A stretch of 64,000 nucleotides of DNA from an uncultured Candidatus Saccharibacteria bacterium (GCA_964572275.1 CAZNED010000002.1:12582-76581); one strand, 5' to 3'. Positions 1 to 8,402 are shown, numbered from the stretch's first letter. A program made the numbers and translations. The notes: generated from the sequence alone by a model not told the origin.

Positions 1-219
1 ATGATTTAATGCCTTATTAACCCCTAAGCCATTAAAATGATCATCGTGATCTCTTAAATCCCATGCTTCATGCTCTCCGCAGGAAGCCCCTGAGGGAGCC
101 GAAGCGGAGTAAACGCGATCATCTAAGTCGGTCGTTAAATTAACTTTTACCGTTGGCTCTCCTCGCGAGTTTATGATCATCCTTCCCTTGATTGATTTAA
201 TCCGAACCCGATCAATCAT
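1..219 (-). CDS. eno: Enolase, N-terminal part (runs off the window start; missing from ORF track)
   Basis: Manual translation from ATG at 219 gives MIDRVRIKSIKGRMIINSRGEPTVKVNL...SASAPSGASCGEHEAWDLRD...GLGVNKALNH. This matches the enolase SRGxPTV and PSGASxGxxEA motifs. The start overlaps the upstream stop. Confidence 0.9.
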   Translation of the reverse strand, partial: MIDRVRIKSIKGRMIINSRGEPTVKVNLTTDLDDRVYSASAPSGASCGEHEAWDLRDHDDHFNGLGVNKALNH

Positions 220-985
220 TATTAAATGCTAAATACTTGTTTGCCTCCAGCCAACCCTTTTCAGTATTAAGATCAAATTGATGACCCTTCATTTCATAGC
301 CATATATCACTTTACCGCTATTAACCATTGCGACTAGAGTTTTCTCAAAATCAATATCTTCTCCCCTACGTTCTTTTTTGAATTCAGCCAACATTTCTTC
401 AAAATCTTTACCAATAATTGATCGCCCGATTATCTTTAAAGAAGATTCTTGTCCTTCACTTGACTCTATCTCTTTAACTTTATAAATCCTTTCGGCTATT
501 TTTTCAGCGATAACATTAATGCCCGAGAAATCTTGAGGTGAAGACGATAAACCAAGAACTGTTTTCTCGGTTGTTTTAAAAAGATTCAAAAGCTGAACAC
601 AGGCCCCTTCTCCTCCGGACAATAGGTAATTAGCCTCTATCACAACCACGGCCTCTCCTCTAATTCCGCCTTTAGCTCGTGTTGAAAATAAATCAAGCAC
701 ACTATCACCTTGGATAAAGGAGAACTTTATGCGCTCATAATCATGCTTCGCTGCACTATCAGCATTATGCTGAAATCCTTCTTGGTCAAAATAATCACAT
801 ATTTCTTTTTTCTCAGCAGGACCGACTAAAATTACCTCTTCTACTCCTACGGATACAGCTTCGTCAACTAGTCTTGCTATAAGCGGTTGTCCATGCAAGA
901 GCCAAAACTCCGGTGGAACCATTCTTCCCAAGGGCAATGTTTTTGATTCGAGATGAGATAAAATAATTGCTGCTTTTTTAATCAT
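212..985 (-). CDS. GalU/NTP-transferase-fold protein with degenerate catalytic motifs
   Basis: KKAAII...LP...VP.E...PLI..LVDEAV..GVEEVILV matches the GalU N-terminus, but the GxGTR and PK motifs are absent. Confidence 0.75.
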   Translation of the reverse strand: MIKKAAIILSHLESKTLPLGRMVPPEFWLLHGQPLIARLVDEAVSVGVEEVILVGPAEKKEICDYFDQEGFQHNADSAAKHDYERIKFSFIQGDSVLDLFSTRAKGGIRGEAVVVIEANYLLSGGEGACVQLLNLFKTTEKTVLGLSSSPQDFSGINVIAEKIAERIYKVKEIESSEGQESSLKIIGRSIIGKDFEEMLAEFKKERRGEDIDFEKTLVAMVNSGKVIYGYEMKGHQFDLNTEKGWLEANKYLAFNND

Positions 986-986
986 C

Positions 987-2219
987 TTAAGATTTTCTTC
1001 TCATGAAAGCAGGTATTTCCCATAACTTCTCTTGTGAAGTTTTCTGGAATTCACTTTTCTTCTTCTGCTCTTTTACATCTAATGCATTAAGCCTCTTAAC
1101 TTTTTTCACTTTAATGTTTTTGGCTTCATCAGAGATATCTGTTTTTTTAGATTTTTGAGATGATGCAGGATTTTTCTTCACTTTTTTCTTAATATTTTTA
1201 TTTTGTTCTTTTTTCTTTCTCATAACTTTCTTTTCAGGCGCATCTGAAGCTTTGGATTTGATGGCACTGATTGAAAGCAATACCACTCTAATTTTATCTT
1301 TAAAATCATTCTTACGGTCAACCCCAAAAATGATCTGAGCCCCTGGATTAGGCTTCTTCACCCCTTGGCTAATCATACTGACTTCTGCCATTTTTAAATC
1401 AGACCCACCTGAAATATGAAGTAAAACTTTCTGGGCCGGCATCGGATCAGAATAATAGAAATCATAATGTGTAATTCCTTGCAAGGCGTCTTCTAGGCGC
1501 TTTTCTCCTTGAGTCGTAACGCTATTCAGAAAAGCATTTTGCTCATGACCATGCAAAATAGCCTTCAAGTCCGAAAAATCAATATTGATTAAGCTCGGTT
1601 GACGGATAATCTCAAGTAATGCATTCAAATTATCTATTAGATTTTGATTGATTAAAGAAAGCGCGGCACTAAAAGAAGTTTGATTACCGGCGACTTCGAA
1701 AATCTTTTCGTTACTTAAAATCAATTGAGCATCTAAGTAAGGAGCTGATTCTCTTAATGATTGTTGCGCCAATCTTTGTCTCTTCTGTCCTTCAAAAGCA
1801 AAGGGCATGGTAAAGACTCCCATGCCCAAAGCATTACTTTCTCGTGCTGCTTTAGCAAAAATTGGAGCCGCTCCAGATCCTATTCCTCCACCAAGACAAG
1901 TAACCAAAATAAATAGATCAACATCCATAAACAATGACTTGATTTCGTCCATTGATTCTTTGGCTATCTTCTCTCCCAAAGCAAAATTCATGCCGGTTCC
2001 TAACCCGCAAGTACTTTCACTGCCAAAAGAAAAAAGCGCCAGGTGATCATTTTTAACTCTTTGTAAGTTAACAAGATCAGTATCAGCCGCTATAAAATTA
2101 ACGCTTGGCAGGCGTTGGCTCATTTCTGCCACAATTGAACAACCACCGCCACCCAATCCTATTATCCTGATTCTTATTCCCCGTGCTTTTTGAATTTGTG
2201 ATGATCGTGCCTTGGTCAT
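987..2219 (-). CDS. ftsZ: FtsZ-family GTPase, divergent, possibly a second paralog
   Basis: IGLGGGG, GGGIGSG signature variant, PFAFEG, T7 loop INIDFSD, C-terminal WEIPAFMRR peptide. Confidence 0.88.
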   Translation of the reverse strand: MTKARSSQIQKARGIRIRIIGLGGGGCSIVAEMSQRLPSVNFIAADTDLVNLQRVKNDHLALFSFGSESTCGLGTGMNFALGEKIAKESMDEIKSLFMDVDLFILVTCLGGGIGSGAAPIFAKAARESNALGMGVFTMPFAFEGQKRQRLAQQSLRESAPYLDAQLILSNEKIFEVAGNQTSFSAALSLINQNLIDNLNALLEIIRQPSLINIDFSDLKAILHGHEQNAFLNSVTTQGEKRLEDALQGITHYDFYYSDPMPAQKVLLHISGGSDLKMAEVSMISQGVKKPNPGAQIIFGVDRKNDFKDKIRVVLLSISAIKSKASDAPEKKVMRKKKEQNKNIKKKVKKNPASSQKSKKTDISDEAKNIKVKKVKRLNALDVKEQKKKSEFQKTSQEKLWEIPAFMRRKS

Positions 2220-2259
2220 AGAATGATGATTAATAGATTATTTTAACACAGAGAATCCG

Positions 2260-3027
2260 TTAATCAAAATTCTTTTGAGCGATTAAAAAGCGCCATTGTT
2301 CATATTGATCCTGGCCGAAATAATACTGAAATTCAGGATTAATTATTTCCGTAATCTTTTCTTTTTGGGTTGAATCAAACTCAAGCCAGAATGATCCATC
2401 TTTTTTAAGATACTTGGGAACTGCTTTAAGAAATCTTTTGATTAAATATAATCCGTCGTCTTTGCTAATCAAAGCTGATGCCGGTTCATAGCATTTAACT
2501 GAATCAGGTAATTGATCAAACGATTCTTCTCCAATATAAGGAGGATTAGCTGTAATCAGATCGTATTGATCTGTTATTCCCTCAAAGATATCGGTTTGTA
2601 TCAATCTAAATCTGTCCGAAGAAATTTTATTCAAAGATAAATTCAATTTTATTTGTTCTAAGCAATCTTTAGAGTTATCGGCAAAATCAACTTCTGCATA
2701 AGGCAAATGTCTTAATATTGCTATACCTATACAACCAGATCCAGCAAATAAATCCAAGCAAGAAATAGATTGTTTTTTGCTTTTAAATCTATCAATTAGT
2801 AACCCTGTCCAAAACTCTGTTTCAACCCTAGGAATCAATGGTCGAAATCTTAAATCGATCAAACAATCTAAAAAATGAACAAATCCTATTACATAAGCCA
2901 AGGGCTCTTGTTTCTCAATCCTCTTGAGATCTTTCGACATCTCTTGAGGCCAGGAGTCGGGATCATGTAAAGATTCTCTCAAGCCATATTTCTCTTTCAA
3001 TAACCATTCAATTACCCTTAAATCCAT
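2260..3027 (-). CDS. prmC: Release factor glutamine methyltransferase PrmC/HemK
   Basis: EPLAYVIG, LIPRVETE, LDLFAGSGCIG, NPPY. Confidence 0.92.
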   Translation of the reverse strand: MDLRVIEWLLKEKYGLRESLHDPDSWPQEMSKDLKRIEKQEPLAYVIGFVHFLDCLIDLRFRPLIPRVETEFWTGLLIDRFKSKKQSISCLDLFAGSGCIGIAILRHLPYAEVDFADNSKDCLEQIKLNLSLNKISSDRFRLIQTDIFEGITDQYDLITANPPYIGEESFDQLPDSVKCYEPASALISKDDGLYLIKRFLKAVPKYLKKDGSFWLEFDSTQKEKITEIINPEFQYYFGQDQYEQWRFLIAQKNFD

Positions 3028-3610
3028 TAGCTATTATATAAATTTCACGACTATTACGCCTAACAGCTTTAGGGCGGATTTGCTTCTGAAAAGAAAAAAC
3101 ATCTTTGATTTGCCGCCAAACAAGATCATGCTCCCCGCCTTCCAGTATTTTAAGAATTAAAAACCCTCCTTGTTTTAATAATAAATTAGATAATGCTAGA
3201 GCTCTCTCGGCTAGCTGTGCCGATCGTCCAGCATCTAAAGCGCGTACACCGGAAGTAGATGGAGCCATGTCTGAAATTAAGCCGTCTATTTTAGGACCAA
3301 AATTATTTTTATTCATGAATTCAATTAATTGATGATCCTCCATTTTGAAAATATCAAATTGTATGAAAATAAAATTATCAGATGTGATTCCAACATCCTT
3401 AAGATCAATACCCATAACCATTCCTTTTGGTTTTATTCGTTCTGAAACATAAAGTGCCCATGAACCAGGAGCGCAACCTAAATCCAAGATATGTTGTCCG
3501 GCTTTAAAAAGATTATATTTCTTATCAATCTCCATTAATTTATAGACGGAACGAGCCGGATAACCATCTTCCTTGGCTTTTTTAAAGAAAAAATCTTGGG
3601 ATTGATACAT
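3008..3610 (-). CDS. rlmE: 23S rRNA Um2552 methyltransferase RlmE/FtsJ
   Basis: GYPARSVYKL, LDLGCAPGSW, SDMAP, RPKAVRRNSREIY. Confidence 0.92.
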   Translation of the reverse strand: MYQSQDFFFKKAKEDGYPARSVYKLMEIDKKYNLFKAGQHILDLGCAPGSWALYVSERIKPKGMVMGIDLKDVGITSDNFIFIQFDIFKMEDHQLIEFMNKNNFGPKIDGLISDMAPSTSGVRALDAGRSAQLAERALALSNLLLKQGGFLILKILEGGEHDLVWRQIKDVFSFQKQIRPKAVRRNSREIYIIANGFKGN

Positions 3611-3636
3611 TATCAGTTATTCTATCATAAATAAGG

Positions 3637-3675
3637 AAAAGGGGGGCAGAGCGCACTATGTGTGGCTCCACCCCC
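3637..3675 (-). terminator. Rho-independent terminator of the GC-rich cassette
   Basis: On the minus strand, GGGGGTGGAGC...GCTCTGCCCCC hairpin followed by a T run. Confidence 0.7.
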
Positions 3676-3689
3676 ACCCGGATGCCGCT

Positions 3690-3989
3690 CTACCAGCCCG
3701 GCATCACACCCCCTTGCGGGATGATTCCGAAGTAGACCAGTCGGTCCACTCCTTCCCTGAAGGGAAGTCCTGTGACGACCGCCGTTTCATCAACGACGCC
3801 CATGAGCGCGGCTTCGACAGCCGTGACGAGATTCTCCCTGTCACAGTAGACGAAAGCCTTCTTCTTGCCACCCGGCGCTCGAAACAGATCGGTCGTCTTG
3901 ACCGCCACCCCTGCCTCCGCGAGTCGCGTATGAACTTCGTGAGACAGAGCCCTATTCTCCGATGTTGGTCCTACGACTAGGACTTGCAT
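3690..3989 (-). CDS. GC-rich orphan protein, 99 aa, predicted alpha/beta
   Basis: Has its own promoter, an SD (AAAGGAG, 3996-4002) 6 nt before the ATG, and a terminator. No family recognised. Confidence 0.65.
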   Translation of the reverse strand: MQVLVVGPTSENRALSHEVHTRLAEAGVAVKTTDLFRAPGGKKKAFVYCDRENLVTAVEAALMGVVDETAVVTGLPFREGVDRLVYFGIIPQGGVMPGW

Positions 3990-4070
3990 CCGTCGCTCCT
4001 TTGGTGTTGGTCGATATGTAAATACGAGCCTTGAGATTTAGCTCCTCACCTCCTTTTCGGCTCATGCTTG

Positions 4071-4098
4071 ATTATATAATAATATTAAATTTTGTCAA
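4071..4098 (-). promoter_or_regulatory. sigma70-type promoter of the GC-rich cassette
   Basis: TTGACA-16 nt-TATAAT. Confidence 0.75.
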
Positions 4099-4143
4099 AT
4101 AAAAAATCCCCCTCATGGAGGATAACTTCAAATAGCTATATGG

Positions 4144-4716
4144 TTATGAGAAAAATTTCTCAACTTTACTGGCAAGAGTCCCATCTTGGAGGATCTGTCC
4201 GTTAAACAGATCAACTACCGTCCATTCTTTTCCGCTATAAAGACAAATACCTTTCAGAAGCATATCATTATCTACTTCAACATCATTAGGAGATGAAATA
4301 TCTTTTTGCCCTGAAGGATTAGCTGAGGTTGCTGTTATGGGAAAACCGAACCTCTGGATCAATTTATTAGGAATATCGTTCTGAAACTGAATCACTCCGA
4401 TCAAATTACTTGGTCCGCTCAAAAGAGATGAAACTGATGATTTCTTTGGTAATAAAAATAAAATCGGATTTGGCCACAATTCTTTAATAATATCACGATG
4501 ATCTGCATCTAAATGAGCGATATCTTCAACTTGCGATAGACCACTAACAGCTACCGGGAAAGGCCTTTCCCCGACCGTTAAACCCTTTGCTTTTATTACT
4601 TTCATAATAGCCTCATCATCATAGATATTAGCACCCAAGGCATAACATGTATCTCCCGGATAAGCAATTACTCCGCCTTCTTTTAAAATCTTAACTGCTG
4701 ATAATATCTCATTCAT
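4144..4716 (-). CDS. TsaC/YrdC-family protein, divergent
   Basis: LKEGGVIAYPGDTCYALGA and TATSANPSG are present; the KxR motif reads KGL. Confidence 0.8.
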   Translation of the reverse strand: MNEILSAVKILKEGGVIAYPGDTCYALGANIYDDEAIMKVIKAKGLTVGERPFPVAVSGLSQVEDIAHLDADHRDIIKELWPNPILFLLPKKSSVSSLLSGPSNLIGVIQFQNDIPNKLIQRFGFPITATSANPSGQKDISSPNDVEVDNDMLLKGICLYSGKEWTVVDLFNGQILQDGTLASKVEKFFS

Positions 4717-4758
4717 ACATTATTATTATATCCTAAAAGATATAAAGTGTCATTGCTC

Positions 4759-4786
4759 TTGACAAAAATAAGCCTGTTGATATAAT
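4759..4786 (+). promoter_or_regulatory. sigma70-type promoter of the putative sRNA
   Basis: TTGACA-16 nt-TATAAT, with an extended -10 TG. Confidence 0.75.
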
Positions 4787-4791
4787 ACTGT

Positions 4792-4910
4792 AATTCTAGG
4801 CCCACCCGGAGCCAGACACACCACCCGGAAAGCGGGGGCCTTCCGCAGCAAGTGCGTCCCCCGCTATCCCCCTTATCCGGACCCCGTAGCCTCTCTGTGA
4901 GAGGCTTTTT
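4792..4910 (+). ncRNA. Putative GC-rich small RNA, about 120 nt, family unknown
   Basis: Lies between a consensus promoter and the terminator AGCCTCTC-tgt-GAGAGGCT-TTTT (4888-4910). Internal stems CCGGA/TCCGG, AGCGGGGG/CCCCCGCT and CGCA/TGCG. No ATG. Confidence 0.6.
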
Positions 4911-4977
4911 CCTATTTAAAATATTTATTCCTTAATTTTATATTTAAAAAAATCGAGAGATTACTTTTTAAATAGTT

Positions 4978-5051
4978 TGGCTCGGGGGCAGGGATTCGAA
5001 CCCCGATTACTAGGGCCAGAACCTAGTGTCCTGCCGTTAGACGACCCCCGA
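4978..5051 (-). tRNA. tRNA-Gln(CTG)
   Basis: Cloverleaf with anticodon arm CTAGG-TTCTGGC-CCTAG, GTTCGAATC T-arm, CCA encoded. Confidence 0.95.
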
Positions 5052-5078
5052 ATAATAATGAAATTCTACCAACCAATA

Positions 5079-5993
5079 TTATATTTTCAAATGGCGATGA
5101 ACAGCTAATAATGTCGAGAAAAATCCCAATAACAACCCAACCAAAAACTGAATGACAATCAAATAAAAAATATTATGAATTAAATAATTCCAAAGACTGA
5201 AACCTGGAATTAATATCTCTGTTTTAGGAGATAAGAAATATATCAATGGAACAAAGACAACCGCTACCAATAAAAACGCTATCAACCCACTGATCAATCC
5301 CTGAATAATGAATGGAGCACGCGTAAACCAAGCCGGTGATCCCACTAACTTCATTGTCTCTATCTCCCAGCGAGAAGCGTTGATTGAGATTCTGATGGTG
5401 CTGAAAGCTATTAATATAACTAACAGTATCAAGAAAATAGCAACAATAATACCCATTAATCTTAACTGATTGGTCATTGAAAAAACACGATCTATGACTG
5501 CCTCTCGATGATAATAATCTACTTTATTCAATAAACGAGAATGATGTTCTACCAAATAATCAGAAATATCAGCATACTTCTCCGGATTACTGACAATAAT
5601 ATCCAAAGAAGCCAAAAAGGGATTATCGCCTACTTGATCTAATGCTCTTTGATATAAAGAATCTCCGCGATAACGATCTAAAAAATGATTCAAGGCTTCT
5701 TCCGCCGATACAATTTTAATCTCATGGATATCATCCGGGAAATTAAGAAACAACTCCTCTTTAACCATCATCATATCAGCCGGATCAGTCTCTCTTTGGA
5801 AATAAGCGGCTACGCTAACTTGTTGACTTATCTGTTCCACCACCGCCTCAGATAATCCTTTTAATAAGAATATAGAACTGATTAAGAAAATAACTACAGC
5901 TATCACCAGAATTATTATCCAGCTTGATTCCTTGCTTCTCTTAAAATTAACCCATCCGAAGTTCAATGCTCTTTTAATAGAAATTAGATTCAT
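5079..5993 (-). CDS. ftsX: Cell division permease FtsX
   Basis: Four TM segments, EIETMKLVGS...RAPFIIQG, directly downstream of ftsE. Confidence 0.9.
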   Translation of the reverse strand: MNLISIKRALNFGWVNFKRSKESSWIIILVIAVVIFLISSIFLLKGLSEAVVEQISQQVSVAAYFQRETDPADMMMVKEELFLNFPDDIHEIKIVSAEEALNHFLDRYRGDSLYQRALDQVGDNPFLASLDIIVSNPEKYADISDYLVEHHSRLLNKVDYYHREAVIDRVFSMTNQLRLMGIIVAIFLILLVILIAFSTIRISINASRWEIETMKLVGSPAWFTRAPFIIQGLISGLIAFLLVAVVFVPLIYFLSPKTEILIPGFSLWNYLIHNIFYLIVIQFLVGLLLGFFSTLLAVHRHLKI

Positions 5994-5995
5994 TA

Positions 5996-6679
5996 TTAGA
6001 AAACAAAATTACGACTAGTATTATCATCACGAATAACTCGGCCTTGATGTAGAGCGACTACCCTCCCCTCTGTTTGAGCGATAACATCACGATCATGAGT
6101 GGCAATAATAATGGTTGTCCCCATGTTATGAATTTTCTTGAGTAATTCTACAATATCCCAAGTATTATAAGGATCAAGGTTGCCACTCGGCTCATCAGCC
6201 ATAATCACCTCCGGTTGGTGAACTAAAGCGCGGGCAATGGCCAATCTCTGTTTCTCTCCTCCGGAAAGCTGATCGGGGAAACAATCAGCCTTATCCCCTA
6301 ACCCAACAATATTAAGAACCCTAGGAACATCACGATTAATTTCCTCGTCGGTTGCCCCAATTACACTTAAAACGTAGGCCGCATTACCATATACGGTTTG
6401 TTGGGGCAATAATTTATAATCTTGATACACCACTCCTATCTTCTGTCGCAGTTGGCATATCTCTCGGGGCTTCATAGAACTAACCATATGGTTCTGGAAA
6501 TAAACCTGACCGGAAGTAGGCAGTTCTTCTCTGATTAATAATTTAATTAAAGTTGTCTTACCTGATCCGGATTTACCAACAATAGTCATAAACTCCCCTT
6601 GTTTTATCTCCAACGTCACATTATCAATAGCTAAACAGGAATTTGGATATTTCTTACTAACTTGGTCAAATTTAATCAT
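5996..6679 (-). CDS. ftsE: Cell division ATPase FtsE
   Basis: GKSGSGKTT, IGVVYQDYKLL, LSGGEKQR, ADEPSGNLDP. Confidence 0.93.
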   Translation of the reverse strand: MIKFDQVSKKYPNSCLAIDNVTLEIKQGEFMTIVGKSGSGKTTLIKLLIREELPTSGQVYFQNHMVSSMKPREICQLRQKIGVVYQDYKLLPQQTVYGNAAYVLSVIGATDEEINRDVPRVLNIVGLGDKADCFPDQLSGGEKQRLAIARALVHQPEVIMADEPSGNLDPYNTWDIVELLKKIHNMGTTIIIATHDRDVIAQTEGRVVALHQGRVIRDDNTSRNFVF

Positions 6680-7779
6680 TATTGAGCTTTATTTCAGCTT
6701 TAATAAATTCATCTAATTCGCCCTCCAATACAGCCGCTACGTTAGAAGTCTCTACTTCTGTCCGATAGTCTTTAACCAATTGATATGGCTGCAGGATATA
6801 AGAACGAATCTGCTTACCCCAAGCCGCGCTCTTAACACCGCTCTTTAACGAGGCTCTTTTTTCATCATTCTCTTCGGCTTGTCTCTGATGAAGTTTCGCT
6901 TTCAATATTTTCATAGCCATCTCTCTATTAGCCCCTTGTGATCTTCCCGCTTGGCAAGCCACTTGTATCTTAGTAGGCAGATGAGTAATCCTAATTGCCG
7001 ATTCAGTTTTATTGACATATTGCCCGCCCGGACCGGAGGCTCGATATGTATCTACTCTTAAGTCAGCAGGATTCAGTTCAACGTCTTCATTCTTAGGTAA
7101 GATCGGCAAGACCTCTACTAAGGCGAAAGAGGTATGCCTTAATTGCTGTTCAGAAAATGGAGAGATCCTTACTAGCCGATGCACACCTTTCTCTCCTTTG
7201 AGATATCCAAATGCATGTTTCCCGTCCACCTCAATCACTATCTCTTTTAGCCCAATGCGCCCATCCGGCCCACCGGGCTCTCCGAAGGATTGATCTAAGA
7301 TAGATAATCGCCAACCCCGACCTTCAGCATATCTTTGATACATTCTGGTCAGCATAGCCACCCAATCTTCGGCTTCTCGCCCACCGGCACCGGAAGTGAT
7401 TTCCATAACTGCGCCCCCTTTATCATAATCACTATTCAAGAAGCGATAAACTTCTTGCTGATCAATTTCTTTCCTAAGCGTATTTATTTGTTCTTCCACC
7501 ATCCCCTGCATATCTTCATCCTGCTCAGCCAATTGAGCTAGTTCTAACAAATCATCTACTTTCTTTTTTAAAAGAGCTAAACTGTTAACCTCTTCTTCCT
7601 TTTCGGCTAATTCTTTACTGATTTTAACGGCCCGATCGCGATCAGCCCAAAAATCAAGTTTCTCTGTTTCGGCTTTAATTTTCTTAACCTCTTCTTGTTT
7701 AGTCGCCCAGTCAAAGACAGTCCATCACTTGATGGACCCTCTTCTGCAATTCATTAATTTTTATCTCTAAAAGTGTCAT
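6672..7779 (-). CDS. prfB: Peptide chain release factor 2 with programmed +1 frameshift (about 368 aa)
   Basis: ATG at 7779, 22 codons to CTT-TGA-C (7716-7710), then the +1 frame DWATKQEEV...DFWADRDRA joins the ORF carrying SPF and GGQ. Confidence 0.93.
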
Positions 7780-7787
7780 GTAATATG

Positions 7788-7859
7788 AGCCGAGAGCGGG
7801 AGTTGAACCCGCGACCTAACGCTTACGAAGCGCTTGCTCTACCTCTGAGCTATCTCGGC
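7788..7859 (-). tRNA. tRNA-Thr(CGT)
   Basis: GCCGAGATAGCTCAG... with anticodon loop TTCGTAA. CCA not encoded. Confidence 0.95.
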
Positions 7860-7941
7860 TGACGTTCAATGCCCAGAGTCAACTTTATCAAAAAAATCTG
7901 AAAAAGAAACTGTTTATTGTCATTTTCTGTTAAATAACTTG

Positions 7942-8013
7942 AGCGGCAGACGGGAATTGAACCCGCGACCTTCTGCTTGGGAAGCAGACGTTCTGCCTCT
8001 GAACTACTGCCGC
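7942..8013 (-). tRNA. tRNA-Gly(CCC)
   Basis: GCGGCAGTAGTTCAG... with anticodon arm TCTGC-TTCCCAA-GCAGA. CCA not encoded. Confidence 0.95.
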
Positions 8014-8402
8014 TTAATAAAGAAACTTATTATTTTTTCCTTGATTTGAGTCCAGAAGCTAGGATTAATTTCATCCTCAGCGGGTTCTTCTAACTTGGTT
8101 TCAAAGACTACTACTTGCTCCTCCGGTTTCTTAAGATTTAATCTTTCATGAGCTATCTGTTCCAAGAAAGCTTCCTGACCCATAGTTTCCATTTGAAACT
8201 CTAATTGCGCTTCCTTCGTTTCCAATGCTTTTACTTCCGCCTGAAGCTCTTCGGCTTTTTCAGCATAATCGCCACGATAACGATAAAGCCTTATATTATG
8301 ATAGGCAAAAAGTAAAACCAGGGCAAACAATAGAAGACAGGTTATCCCCAGCCATTTTCCACCTTTATTCTTTTTATGCGCCGGTCTCCAATAGCGAACC
8401 AT
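8004..8402 (-). CDS. ftsB: Septum formation initiator (FtsB/DivIC family)
   Basis: Single TM segment, coiled coil, LEQIAHERLNLKKPEE motif. Confidence 0.75.
   Translation of the reverse strand: MVRYWRPAHKKNKGGKWLGITCLLLFALVLLFAYHNIRLYRYRGDYAEKAEELQAEVKALETKEAQLEFQMETMGQEAFLEQIAHERLNLKKPEEQVVVFETKLEEPAEDEINPSFWTQIKEKIISFFIKRQ

Noticed and set aside
1-211. Apparent GC-richer structured non-coding region with hairpins
   Set aside because: It translates on the minus strand as the enolase N-terminus.
3660-3980. Plus-strand 106-aa ORF antisense to the orphan ORF
   Set aside because: Promoter, SD and terminator all support the minus strand, and open antisense frames are common in GC-rich DNA.
4792-4910. 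SRP (4.5S) RNA identity for the sRNA
   Set aside because: It lacks the conserved CAGG...GNRA...AGCA helix 8 motif.
6672-7779. prfB as a truncated gene or pseudogene
   Set aside because: The canonical CTT-TGA-C programmed frameshift restores a full-length RF2.
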